From positions 9,796,001-9,860,000 of the forward strand of contig CP075497.1 in assembly GCA_021613535.1 (NCBI GenBank): a stretch of 64,000 nucleotides of DNA. Reading direction: 5' to 3'. The stretch comes from Adineta vaga (Eukaryota > Animalia > Rotifera). Positions 13,414 to 32,066 of the stretch are shown here, in pieces (the first letter of the stretch is position 1; each line of letters opens with the position of its first letter). The position numbers were made by a program, and so were the translations under genes. The notes below the pieces were generated by a model. It was not told the origin of the DNA and searched no databases. It saw only the letters and a list, made by a program, of their open reading frames with translations.

Positions 13414-14061
13414 ATCGATGATTGATATGATCAAAGGATTTTGTAGAGTTTTTCTCGTTTGTGTGTTTTGTATTGTTTTTCGTGCGGAGCATTGAAGGAG
13501 AGGACACCAGATTTTTTAGTTAGTTTTTTTTTGACATAAAATTATTATTAAAAACAACAATTTTTCTTTTCTTTTGTTCGCATATTTTGCTAAGGGTTCT
13601 ATTTCAAACTTATTGATTGAATGCGCGTTTCAACGTTATTTGATTTCTGGTAATTGTCAAATATACATAAAGCTCGTCAGGTTACTCTATGTTTGAGATG
13701 TTATTTTTCAGATCTTGGAGGAACTATGCTGATAATGCCTCATAAATTTTCACGATCATGATTAATTTTACACATATAACAAACGAAATCAAGAAGATCG
13801 ATGTATTCATGATACCAAAAGTCTTTGAAATTTGCGAATATTTAGTAATAAAGTTAACACTTCGTGAAATACGCATTATTCCCTGAAAAATTGATCAACC
13901 CACTGCAATATATAAAGAATATCATTTATTCTTCGTATACCACTGCCATCTATAGAAGTTCGTAGATCTTTGAACATAAACTACTTTGTAATAGAAATTT
14001 CTTTTTATTATAAAAGAAATGTATGCCTCATGTTCATCCCTGTATACACTAGTATACTATG

Positions 14062-14097
14062 ATTGGCCAAAAAATATTACGCCGTGACCTGACGTGG
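14062..14097 (+). promoter_or_regulatory. Inverted CCAAT box (ATTGG) plus UPRE/XBP1-type element TGACGTGG upstream of TMED10
   Basis: ATTGG at 14062-14066 and TGACGTGG at 14090-14097, about 90 nt before the TMED10 ATG, in a locally GC-enriched patch. The motif match is direct; function is inferred. Confidence 0.55.
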
Positions 14098-14187
14098 TAC
14101 GCTAACAATCATTGAACACGGCTGAGCTTTGCAACTAAATTGTAGCGATTTCTCATCATTTCTGTTAGTTAATCTCATCTGTCACTG

Positions 14188-14890
14188 ATGCAAATCGTTT
14201 TCAATTTTATTATTCTTTCGATTTTTCTAATCGATGCTATCCATTCTATTAGCTTTCATTTACCAATCGGTACAAAAAAATGTTTAAAAGAAGAAATTCA
14301 CAAAGTATATAGTATTCATGTTTTTTTTCTCATTCTTTTTAATTGTTGTTTTCTCTATTCATAAGGATACGATGGTTACTGGTGATTATGATATAACAGC
14401 CGTTCCTGGCTTTTCCACTCATCTTGATGTCAAAGATACTAAAGGACATACTCTTTACAATAAAGAAGATGCTATAAAAGGAAAATTTGCATTTACAACT
14501 GAAGAATACGATATCTTTGATATCTGTGTTGAAACTAAATTACCACATGATCAACAAAAACATCATCTATCAGCTCAACAAACATCTAAAGAAGTAACCA
14601 TCAAAATAAAACATGGTGTTGAAACAAAAGATTATGATGCGTTAGCCAAAGCAAATAAACTCAAACCATTAGAAGTTGAATTAAGTCGTCTAGAAGATTT
14701 ATCAACAGCTATCGTGTCTGACTTTGCCTATATGAAAGAACGTGAAGAAGAAATGCGTAGTACAAATGAATCGACCAATAATAAAGTTCTCTATTTTTCC
14801 ATTTTTTCAATGGGTTGTCTCATGAGTTTAGCTATTTGGCAAGTACTCTATTTACGAAGATATTTCAAAGCAAAAAAACTTATTGATTAA
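14188..14890 (+). CDS. TMED10: p24 family cargo receptor TMED10/Tmp21; 2 exons
   Basis: Signal peptide, [10 protein letters not shown]|DTMVTGDY (GOLD domain), [28 protein letters not shown] and C-terminal [13 protein letters not shown]. Confidence 0.95.
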
Positions 14891-15076
14891 ATCGAGCAAA
14901 CATCTTTATCTTTAGTAGTAAAAGAAAAGCCATTCTATTTAACATTGTTCTGTTTTTGTAGTTGTTGTTGTTGTTATTATTATTATTGTTTTTATTAATT
15001 TAAAACTATGTTTGAAAAACTAACCTTTTATTTTTATGTATTAGTATTAATCTCATTTACTTTATTTCATTGTAGA

Positions 15077-17093
15077 ATGCGTTCAATTCTAATCTTAGCG
15101 TTGACAGGCTTGTTAGCATTTGCTTTCGATGAATTTTCAATTCCTGAAGGTGATAATGCTGTCTTAACAGGTCCGAATGTGGTAGTCGATTTAACCAAAG
15201 ATAATTTTACACAATTTCTTCAACAAAATCCAGTCGTACTTGTCGAGTTCTATGCACCATGGTAAAATATCGATCATACGAATATTTATTTTGGATTAAG
15301 TGTTGTGGTCTTTGATTATAGGTGTGGTCATTGTAAACAATTAACTCCACATTATGAACAAGCGGCACGTTTAATGAAAGATGTTGACAATCCTGTTGCT
15401 TTTGCCAAGATTGATGCAACTATTGAAGAATCATTAGCAAGAGAATATTCTATCGAAGGTTATCCAACAATCAAAATTTTTCATAAAAATAGTGAAAAAC
15501 CACTTGAGTATGAAGGTCCCCGACAACCAGGATCAGCTATTGCTGACTATATAAAAAAATATGCTAGTCCAAGTTGGACACCACCACCTTCGGATGTAGT
15601 TGTTCTTACAGCTGAAAACTTCGATAAATTTACTACTGAAGAAGTCGTTTTAGTAGAATTCTATGCACCATGGTGTGGTCATTGTAAACGATTGGAACCG
15701 AAATTTGAAAAAGCAGCAACATTATTAAGAAAAGATACAAATATTCGTTTAGCAAAAGTCGACAGTACAGTTGAAACAGAATTAGCTGCTGCTCATAATA
15801 TTACTGGGTAGGATTGAATTATTTTCGTTCATATTCAACTATATAGTCTTCCATTCACTATAGATATCCAACTTTAATTGTGTTTCGAAAAGGTGGCAAA
15901 TTTGCACCATATGATGGTGAACAAACTGAACAAGGTATTGTTTCCACAATGAAAGAATTCCTATCATTACCAAGTCGTGAAATCCGCAATATCAATGATT
16001 ATAAAAATCTCTTTCGAAAAAATGATCAACCTGTTCTCATTGGTGTTTTTCAATCGGATCAAGATTATTTATACAATTTATTTATTGATTATGCATATAA
16101 TCATCGAAAAGCTTTTCAATTCGGTCATACATTTGAAAAAATTTCGACATTGAACGATGTTCATGCGCCAGCCATTGTTCTTCAACATCATACGGATGTT
16201 CGATCGAAATATGAAAAAGATAAATTTATTTTCAATCAAGCTGATGCTATGGAAAGTGATTTTGAATCATTTACTAATCAATATCAAGTACCATTAGTCG
16301 GTGTACTTACACAAGACAATCAACGAAATGTTTATTTAGGTCGTCGACCAATTTGTATCGTTATGTATGATGTCGATTTTTCATTTGATCATCGTGAACG
16401 AACACAATATTGGAGAGCTAAAATACTTAAAGTTGCAAATGATTATAAAACTAAATATACATTTGCTATTGCTGATGAAGAAAAAATGGCATCGTTATTA
16501 AAAGAATTTGGTTTAGAAGAATCTGCTGAAGATGTTAATGTTGGGTGTTTTGATAAAGATGGTTTAAAATATCGTATGGAAGATGATGATGAGTTTACAT
16601 CGGAATCGTTCGAAGAATTTGTTAATAAATTAACAAAAGGAAAAATAAAACCATATTTTAAATCTCAACCAATACCAAAACAATCAATTGTCAATGGAGT
16701 TCGAACACTTGTTGGAAAAAATTTCGAAAAAATTGTCCACGATCAAACTAAAAATGTTCTGGTCTTTTTCTATGCACCATGGTAAGATAAACTTTTCTTT
16801 TCTAGGCCATCAATTCAATATTCTATATGTGTGTTTTTAGGTGTGGACATTGCACAAAATTTAAACCGACTTATAGTAAACTTGCTCAACATTATGCTAG
16901 TCAATCGAATCTCATTGTTGCACAAATCGATGCAACTGGAAATGATATACCGAAAGGTTTTGAAGTAACTGGTTTTCCAACCATATATCTCGTTCCAATG
17001 AATAATCAACCTGTGAAATACGAAGGAAATCGAGATATAGATGATTTAGTTCAATTTATTGACAATAATATTCAGTCGAAAAGTGAACTTTAA
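15077..17093 (+). CDS. PDIA4: Protein disulfide isomerase A4 (ERp72); 4 exons
   Basis: Signal peptide [16 protein letters not shown]. Three FYAPWCGHC thioredoxin sites (two split by introns) in a0-a-b-b'-a' order. KDEL-like C-terminus KSEL*. Confidence 0.95.
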
Positions 17094-17656
17094 ACGAACA
17101 CGATAAACAATCAAAACTATCGTTCTACATTCCGTAAAACTGTTATTGATATTGAATTTGCTTTTGTACTTTAGTTATTTATTTCTTTAGTTGTTTTCTT
17201 TTATCATTGGTGCTTTTATTTACATTTCATATCAAGTAACGATATGTAAAGCAAAAAAAGACGATTATTTTTTGCTTTTATTTCATTTTGAGTTATCATA
17301 CATGCGTCATGATACTATTATCTTAGTAGATGATAATAAGACTATGACTTCTATTCTATTATATTCGATGTACGAATACGAAGAATCTAATAGTCTTAAA
17401 TCGTATCACTTATTAATCACCTGATGACATGAAAACATGTATCACTCGTATTTTGTTTATTTAGTCAAAGAACAAATCATACGTGTTTATGTAATCTAGC
17501 GAGAGCTGTTGAGATAGAAATGAGTAAACTATGGCAAGCTTTTTTTTGATTCGTCAAGATACTGATGAGTCATACAAATACGTCTTCTTTGTAGATATAT
17601 ATATACAAAATGTCGACTTTTGTTTATTATTTCATTTGAGTGAACTTAACAAGACA

Positions 17657-19425
17657 ATGGCAGCTAAATCTTTTCAAGTTGCTCTCGAAGCAGCAACTAA
17701 TGAAAATAATACCGAAGATAATTGGGATAGAATTTTAGGTAAGTAAAAGAAAAATCTAATTCACTGATAATAAAAATTTTATTTCGTATTCTAGAGGTTT
17801 GTGATTATGTTAAAAACGGTCAAATAAAAGCAAATGAATTACTTGATCAAATCTTGAAACGTTTAAGACAAACTCGTAAAACAAAATTACAAATGAATAC
17901 TTTAACATTATTTGATGCAGCTGTAAAAAATTGTGGTCAACAGTTTCATCAATTGTTTACATCACGTGCTACGATGAATATACTTATTGAAATTATTGAA
18001 GATTCACGAACAGAAAATATAGTACGTAATCGAATAGGTTCATTATTAAAACAATGGATGGATGATCCAGAATTTAAAGACAAAGCACAATATGCTATGC
18101 TTGGTGCGACATATAAAAAATTAACAACAGAAAAAAATTATACATTTATTGATGGTCCTAATAATCAACCAATGATATCAGCACCTACAACAGTAACAGC
18201 AGTTGCAGCACGAAAAAATCAAGATGATTTATTAGCAAAAAGAGAAGAAGAAGAATTTGCTAAAGCTAGTTAGTTTTGTTGTTGAAAAGAGTGTTTTCAT
18301 AAGTTATATTGATTTGATTTTTAGTTGCATTATCAATGCAAGAAACAAATCAATCAAGACCACAACATCAACAACCAGCTACAAATTCACTTTATCCATC
18401 GATGCAATCATCTACTTCAACTAATCCAACAACATCAATAATGACAAATTCCAGTGGTAACGAAAAGAAAGCTAAAGCTTTATATGATTTCGAAGCCGCT
18501 GAAGACAATGAAGTTACCTTCAAAGCAGGCGATATTTTGATTATTACGGATGATAGTGATCAACATTGGTGGAAAGGTATTAATAATGGTGTTGAAGGTT
18601 TATTTCCAGCTAATTTTGTTACTAAAAATCTTCAACAACAAGTCGATTTACCTAATCAATCGATGGGAACAAATCAAGTAAGCATATCTAAGCGAGAAAG
18701 AGAATATAATCTTGATAACGACGATTGTTTTTTTTTCTTCGTAGGATTTAAATATGAAACAACAACAACAACAACGTCAGAATGAAATTGTTCAAGATCA
18801 AGTTGTTATTGATGAACGTCTTATTGATCGATGTTTAGGAATGTTACAAAATGCTGATCCTACCGGTGAAATTGAAGCAGATTCGAATGAAATGCTTATG
18901 CTTGAAGATACATGTTATGCAATGGGTCCATTGATCGATCATGAATTAGAAAAAGTCGATCGTAAACATGTTCAATTAGAAGAATTGAATAAAAATTTAC
19001 GTGAAGCTATGGATTTATATCATCGTCTAATGGAAGAAGGTCGTATACGTGCAGCACAAGCAAAAACAAATGCTGCACAACTCGCTAATCAAATGTATCA
19101 ACAAACACAAATTCCACCTCAACCATACTATCAAGCTCATCCAGGTTTACAACAACCACCGATGCCACCTCAACAACAGCCGCAGCAACCACAAATGATG
19201 TATCAACCTTCACAAATGTATAATAATCAAATTCCTTCACAAACTCAACCATCCATGCCATATATTCCACAACAACCAGCAGGCGCATATTATGTTGATC
19301 CAAATTTACAGCAATCGCAACAGGTACATATGATGTATTCAATGCCACCGACTATGATGCCTCCACAACAGCAACAGCAACAGCAGCTGCAACAACAACC
19401 AACAGTTTATAGCGAAACGCAATAA
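17657..19425 (+). CDS. STAM: STAM (ESCRT-0): VHS-UIM-SH3-GAT plus Q/P-rich tail; 4 exons
   Basis: VHS ([25 protein letters not shown]), UIM ([15 protein letters not shown]), SH3 ([27 protein letters not shown]) and GAT ([19 protein letters not shown]). The start could alternatively be 17531. Confidence 0.93.
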
Positions 19426-19873
19426 TATCATACGATTCGATCTGTACATTTTCTTTTCTTCTGCCATTAAAATATTCACATCTGTCTCGATTTCATTTCT
19501 TCGTCTTTTAATTTATGTTGTGTTCACTTTTCTCTTCTTTTCTTTTTATGAATTATACGATCATCGTGTACGAAACAAATACATACATATATATACACAC
19601 CTTACATGTCCTTGCAGTTTAAATTTTACTCCTCAAAAAGTACATTCCAGCGTTCAAGCCGAATTACTTCTCATGTAAAAATAACTTTGAGGACTTTTGT
19701 CATTCTCCCTATAGAATGTTTTTTTTTAGTTCTTCACCATGGAGAAATCGTCATGAGTTTGTCAGTTGTTAAAAGGCAGGAGAAGAAAAACATACATATA
19801 TACATACCTTATCTTACGTACGGAGAGAGAAGATTAAAATTGATCAAAAGACAGTGTTGCAATTTCGTTCTCA

Positions 19874-22556
19874 ATGGAGGAATCTGGTAAAATACGGCAG
19901 CGAACAGTTCAAGGTACGTTCTTTGAATTTCAATTGCTCAATATATCGAGATTGAAGTTAATCAATGTGTGTCCTACAAATTACTATAGAAACTAAACTG
20001 TGGCCTTTTCTTCTCTCGTTTCATTATGTAAATAATTACCAACGTTCACTAGTTGAATAGTTGATTTTAATTCATTGATTGATTGTATTTGTTTAGTTGT
20101 TTCGTTATCAGAAACTTTGCGGCCAAAAAAAGAACCTGATCTGCCAACACTACTTTCCAATCTTCGTGAAGTTCTTCTGAAAAAATCAGAAAATAATGAC
20201 GAAATTGATTCAACTATTTATCAATGTGCTGAATCCATTAGAAATAACATTGAAAAACTTGGTGATCTTACTGAACATAAAAAAATCTTCGAAATTTTGC
20301 AAACAACTCTACGAACATATATCGATGATATACTTTCGATCACAAAACTGCCAAATATTCTTTCATGTGAAGTATTTCAAAATATTCTTACTGCAATAAT
20401 TTCCACTAAAGAAACGCTCAATATACGTTCGATTATGGAAAATGATTCTTCCTATGCTCGTACTAATTGTTTTCGTTCCTTCGATTTCTTATCATTATCT
20501 GTTATAACAGATTTTCTCAATGACAAAATCACTCTTGATCTATTCTCGTCAATCGCATATGCTTTACGTATAATCATAGTAGATATTCAATTCACTATTG
20601 AATTTATTATCTTCAAAAAAAATGAATTACAAAATCAAGTACCAATTATTCACTTACTACTCGAATATGTTGATCGACATAAACAAAATTTTGATCATGT
20701 TGAAAGGCATGAAACACTCATTGCGATATTGAGGTTGATATGGACTCTAGTTGATGACACTATGTTAGTTCCAAATATGATTGAAACAAAATGTCAAGAC
20801 TATGTTTTACAATGGACTGCAATGGAAGATCTTTCATTAGATATTCAACAAATCTGTATACATATAATACATAATTTAGCAAGACATGAAAAAGGTGCGA
20901 AAGTTTTAAATAATGCTAACTGTATTACCATTCTCAAAGATTTTAAACGTCGAATTCTCGATCCAAATAAAACTAATCAAGATGAATTATATATCGAATT
21001 ACGTTTACTTTATTGTATGGCTATATCATTATTAACAGAACCAAAAGAAAACCGTGAGGATCTAGATAATCTTCGTAAAATTCTCGATCAACTTATGCAA
21101 TGCGCTGTTGATGCTGGACAGGCATTGAATAATAAATCTGGAGGATTTCATGTTAGTGAACCTGTCGTTGTCTTAACAAAACTATGTGTACATGATGAAA
21201 TTCTGAAGTATGTTTTAAATGAATCTAATGTACAAAGAATGGAAGCAAAAACAAAAGTTGAATTTTTTTGTCAATTATTAATTAAATTTCGTGCTGCAGT
21301 AGCAACTGAAGAAGAACTGGATCAATTAACATTAATAGCTTTATTCAACATTCTATGGAGTATATCATTTCATGATGAATATGTGGATGAATTGAAATCG
21401 AATTTTAAATTTTTACTTACTGTTAAAAGTTTAGCGGCCGATGATGCAGCTGGATCGGTTGATCAATATGTACCTAATCATATGTCATCAATACCAAAAG
21501 CAGCACAAGGAATATTATGGAATCTTGATGAAGATAATCCAGGTATGCTACAAAGACGTTTATAAGATATCATTTTCATATTGTCTTTCTATAGCACGCC
21601 CTACTCGATCAGCTGCTATAGAATCTAAAGTGACGACATCAGATCAACCGAAAACAAATGCAATAAATCGAACACGTGTAATGGTGAGTTATTCACATGC
21701 TGATCAAGAATTTTGTCGTCAATTAGTTGATACATTAAAGAAAGGTAAGCTTACTATATCATGGATAAATATGTCTTGATCAAAATGCTTTTCCTATCGT
21801 ATAGATAATCGTTTGGATGTTTGGGTTGATTTTGCATATTGTCATACGGAAGATTTTTGGGAAGAAATTGGTGAAGCAATTGAAAAAGCAAATGTTGTTC
21901 TATTGTTAATGTCAAAAGATTATCAAGATAGTAAATCATGTCGACAAGAAGTGATGTATGCAAAGGATTCATTGAAAAAACGTTTTATACCCATATATGT
22001 CAAAAAAGATTTTACAGCAACGGGTTGGTTAGGTGTACGTATTGTTGGTCCACAATATATTCGTTTTGGAAAACGATCGTTCGATGATACAGTAAAAGAA
22101 CTATTAAAACTTATTTATGAAGATAAAACAGCAACGGAATCTGACCCAAAACAAGAAACCAAACCTCTTCCTCCGGTTACTGAAACAAAACCAACTGAAA
22201 ATACAACAAATCTGACTAAACCAAATGAAAATAATCCTATTCTCACAGATTTTAAACCATTAAAAACACCTGTAGAACATTGGTCCAAAAAAGAACTTGC
22301 TCAATGGTTTGATAATAATCAAATTCAACGGCAATTGATTGAAATTTATGACTTCAAACATGGTACAGATCTTCTTCTTTATGGACAATGTCTTCGACCT
22401 GATTGGCAAATTGAATATAATGAAATTAAAGAACGATATCAACAAAAGTATCATACACCTTTATATCGAGATCATTTCGTTCGTTTTGTAGGTGCGGTAA
22501 ATCGCTTAGAACCATCGCAATCAAAATCGAAATCAAAACTATGTATTATTTCTTAG
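19874..22556 (+). CDS. ARM-like repeat / TIR / SAM-like protein with C-terminal CaaX; 4 exons
   Basis: Short first exon MEESGKIRQRTVQ. Long helical region with ARM-like motifs (IIHNLARH, NILWSISF, AAQGILWNL). TIR_2-type domain VMVSYSHADQ...DVWVD...AIEKANVVLLLMSKDYQDSKSCRQEVMYA...RFIPI...GWLG. SAM-like start PVEHWSKKELAQWF. Ends KSKSKLCIIS*. Confidence 0.85.
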
Positions 22557-22711
22557 AACTAGAGTTTTTTCTTCTTCCTTTATCATTAATAAAATGTTTA
22601 TCTCATGAAAGAAAAAAACGAAAAACAACAGAGAAAAAAACTGGAAAGAAAAACAAAATTTTCACTGTTGGAATTATACATGGTAAATATCATCTATCAC
22701 ACTAATATAAC

Positions 22712-25708
22712 TTAATCTATTCCGTCATCGATCATTACTCCTTTTACTGTATAAGTTTTAATACATGTTTCTAAATGCTCAAAAAGAATTTCTAAACGTC
22801 GATCGACAGCACGAAGATGTTCATCAACAAGAATCTTCTTTAATTGTTCACCATTTTCTAATGAACGTGAAAGTAAGGTCGAAAGTCCTTGACGATAAAC
22901 ACGATATAAACGGGCAAATGTTGAATAACGAAATAGACAACATTGACGAATGGGTGTTAAAATCGTTAAATCATCATAATTATATCGACCAAAACTTCGA
23001 CCATTATCCAAATGAATTAAAGCTGTATTAGCACCAAATGAACCAATACGCATCATATGATGACGATCCATATTACCTAGAAAGAAAAAAAAGGCAAAAT
23101 TTCAATGAATGATACAACTAAATGATTATGATCTGTTTAGCTCAATTGATCTTATATAAGGAAATTAATGGTGTCTAAGGCAGATCATTTATGAATCGAA
23201 AGAGCAAGGAAAACCTGTCAAGTTGAAGTGTCATAGATAATGCTGAGAAATGCTTTTCTGATTTCAAGAGAAAAAATGATTTACCAATAAGAAAATCAAA
23301 TGCTGATAAATCCATCATATCCAATAGAAGACGATTATGATATTCATCATCTAAATAGAAAGATATTAGTATTTAAAAAACTCCAAGATTCCGTCATTTA
23401 CCTAAGAAAACATGATCATAACAATAGTTTTCATTTGTTTCCCATTTGGCTTTTCGTATTGCACTATATGAACGACGATAAGGATGAGTAATTTTGTTCC
23501 ATTCAACTTCGGGTGGTCTTGGTAGAAGAATTTGAATTGAACCCTCTAACCGATCACCTGGCTTCCCACAAACAGCATGAGATGTGTCACAATAATAAGA
23601 ACAATGACCACGAAAACAAGTATTATTAGCTAAAAGTTTAGCAGACAAAAAAAACTATAGAACAAAAAGAGTTTTTCTTTCGAGTAAGTTTACCGGGTGA
23701 GACAAAAAATGTTTTAGCTAAATCTTCAGTTGCTCGTTCATGAATATCTCGTGTTATATGAACTAATCGTCCAATTAGTGGAGGAACGCGATAGAAACCT
23801 AGAATTCTTTAAAACGAAACAAAACAAAAACGATTCATCATATGAAATATTCAAATAAATTACTTGTCTAAATGAAAAGCAGCAATTTCTGCATGATGTC
23901 TTTCTATATCACTGAAATAGAAATGATCTGGCAATGTTTGATAGTTCCGAGGTACTCTAGACAAAAAGAAAGCAATAGATTCAATAACCATCGAAGTCAA
24001 TGATCTACCTATATGGTTTAAAAAGCGCTTCAAAACCATCGGGTAAATCGAAGATCACTTTAATTTGTGTACCTTGTGACATTTCGCCTAGAGAAAAGAT
24101 ATTCGTCAAATGAAAAATCAAATGATTTGAAATATTTCTTACTTGCTTCAATAACTTCCCCATTTTGCAAATGATTAAGAAGACGATGGAATTCTGGACT
24201 ACTTGGATCATATACACGTAAATTATTCACAGTTTTCATGAATTCATACCAGGTTGTATTCAATTTCCTAAGAGAATAAAAATTTTTATTTCTCTCTCTC
24301 CCATTGAATACATTATTTAATCACAGTCGTTGATTGTATCAAACCTTCGAGCTAATTTTTTTTCATGATGAATTCTATTTCGAGAATGCTGATGATAATA
24401 AATTATTTATACGAAAGAGAACATATTTCATTTATGACGACTTGATTAATAGTATAAATAGTGATGTGAGATAAAAGCAATAGTAGACATTGTGTTTTGC
24501 ATTTTCGCTTTAAACAAGTGCATTTCTTCGAAAAATACGGACGATTTCTTTTCTAACAGGATACTCATATTTAATGCGCGAAATATATGTATATTTATTC
24601 AAAAAAAATAAATCATGACGAGTAAATGTTTAAACATATGGGATTATATTTTCTAAAATAACTAACAGACTAACTAGGTAAGTTTTTAAAAATAATGCAT
24701 TGTTAAATAAAGCTTTGATTTAAATTGATATATTATTAAACTATCAATGGATCTATGATACTTGAAAGATGAGATGTTTGTTCGAAAAAGACGTTATTTA
24801 TTAATGACTTGTCATTATCATTTACTATCACTAAGAAGTAACCATCTAAAGTCTTTTTTTAGAATAAAGAAAAGAACATATGATGCAGAAGAATGTATCA
24901 TATTGCAAATGATCTAATTATTTAAAACCATACAGGCTCTCTCTCTCTTTTTTTTTCAGGACACAAATGGAGACGTGATGATTCGATATCGATCTTAATG
25001 ATAGTTTGTTTCTGAATTTGAAAAGGAATTTGTTTTTAAAAGAAACGATTAACTTACGTGGGATCATCACGTAATAATTCATCATGCACGAGACTTGCAA
25101 GAGGAATAATTTTATCATTTTGATGTTCTTTCTTCCATTTAGCTATGGCTTGATGAACATAATTTCTTAATTGGACTTTATCCTGTTCAGTAACACTTTT
25201 TTCTGTTGTTGTTATGTCAGGATGCTGTAGTTGTCGTTGTTGTTGTTGTTATTGCTTTTACTGCTGAATCTGCTGTATCACCATGTGCTTCCGGATTTTT
25301 ATTGGTGTCATCTTTTGTATGTGGTTGTTGTTGCTCGACTAATTTTTCAAAATTCCATGACGGATCGATCGGAAATAATTTTTCTTTATCCAAGGACTGT
25401 GTTTCATCTGCTCGTGCATTGCGTATTAATTGAAAGAGTTCTTCAATACGCCGTTGAGTTATATTTGATGAACGAATAAATATTGTATTCACTGGTGTGG
25501 CATGTAAATCATAGATGTTCTGATGGTTAATTGCTGACCAAAATGGAATAACACCGGGCGGAATTGGTACATCACGATGTTCTTCTTCTTCACGTTCAAG
25601 TTCATTAGTTGACCATAGAACTGTATAAAGTGACGTGAGAATGAATATAGTTAATGCAGCCAGAATAAAGACAATGGAGGTACGTAATCGAAAACGTATT
25701 TGCCGCAT
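22712..25708 (-). CDS. FAM20C: FAM20C-like Golgi/secretory-pathway kinase; multi-exon
   Basis: Type II signal anchor. Motifs GTQIKV...[48 protein letters not shown]...[32 protein letters not shown] and PIRQCC. It retains the Glu that the pseudokinase FAM20A lacks. Confidence 0.9.
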
Positions 25709-26717
25709 TCATCTATTACAGACGAACAACGATGATCTGGTGTGTTTCTTTTTTTCTTTATGATATAGAGAAAAAATACCATCCAAATACGTTTCTTTGT
25801 GCGTTCTATCTCGCGCGCTTGTTCGTCTTTTTCTTTCTCTTATTGATGGCACAAACAAGAATATAAATGAAATGATTATTCGTTTAATCGCTTCTTCAAA
25901 TATGCAATTAACTGTTATATAAAATAAGAAAAAGAACACGATACACGATGTCAGTTTCCGATTTCCGTTGATGGTGCCAAATGCATTTTTTTAATGTTCG
26001 TATTTTATTTATCTACGAACAAATATAATAGAAAAAAAGACAATAAAAAAGATAAATTTAATAGCAGATGCTGTACACAATTACGAATAAACTCATTGAC
26101 CAAAAAAGATTTTTTTTTCTGTCTCTCTCTCCAATTGAAAATCCATTTCTTATTACTGTCACTCGAGAGTAAATGATCGGTCGAGGTTCTTCTAGTCAGC
26201 TTTCTTTTCTCTAATTCAATGCGATCGAATACTAACTGTTGTCTCTTGTATTTCCGTTCGTTCGTATCTGCTTTGAATAGGAAATGATCGAGCTAATACT
26301 TAGGAAAATGTGTGAGAGAAGATTGATGTCGTTCTACTCTTTCGATGAGAAAGGAGAAAAAAAGCAAAGAAAAATGGGAGTAATGATCTTGTGTCACAGA
26401 GAAAAAAGAGAAAAGAAGAAAAAAAAATATATTCAATGTTGTCATTGATCAAAGTAGAAAAGAAGAAAAAAAGACGTACGTCTACTCCTGAAAATATTCT
26501 ATACTGATACAGCCTTTAGTTTTCTGTTTTTTTTATTTTGTATCGAACAAATACGTACATGTATACTTTGGCAGGTAACATATAAAAGATCAGAACGAAA
26601 ATTTCTCTATTTATATATACATATATATGTATGTTCGTACAAGAGTTAGTTAAACAAAAGAAAAATTACACAGAAATAAGTAACACGAAAAAGAAAAATA
26701 ATTAGTTTTGAAGGTAT

Positions 26718-31866
<5,149 letters not shown>

Positions 31867-32066
31867 GTTTTGACTTTCTATAGAGGAGGACAACGACAAT
31901 TTATTATTGTTTGTGTACAGGATCCAATTTGATTGGTTGATTATTTTCACCAATGAAACCATCGGTTATTATCATTGAGAGTAGCGTTGTTCGATTTGAT
32001 TAGTGTGCTATATTGAATTTTTCTTTTCTTTTCACCTTCAAGTTTTTTTTTATATATCAGATAAAA
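31867..32066. promoter_or_regulatory. Compact bidirectional promoter (U2SURP / Ly6 gene) with CCAAT boxes on both strands
   Basis: Only 200 nt separate the divergent ATGs. CCAAT at 31924 and 31950, ATTGG at 31932. Confidence 0.5.
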
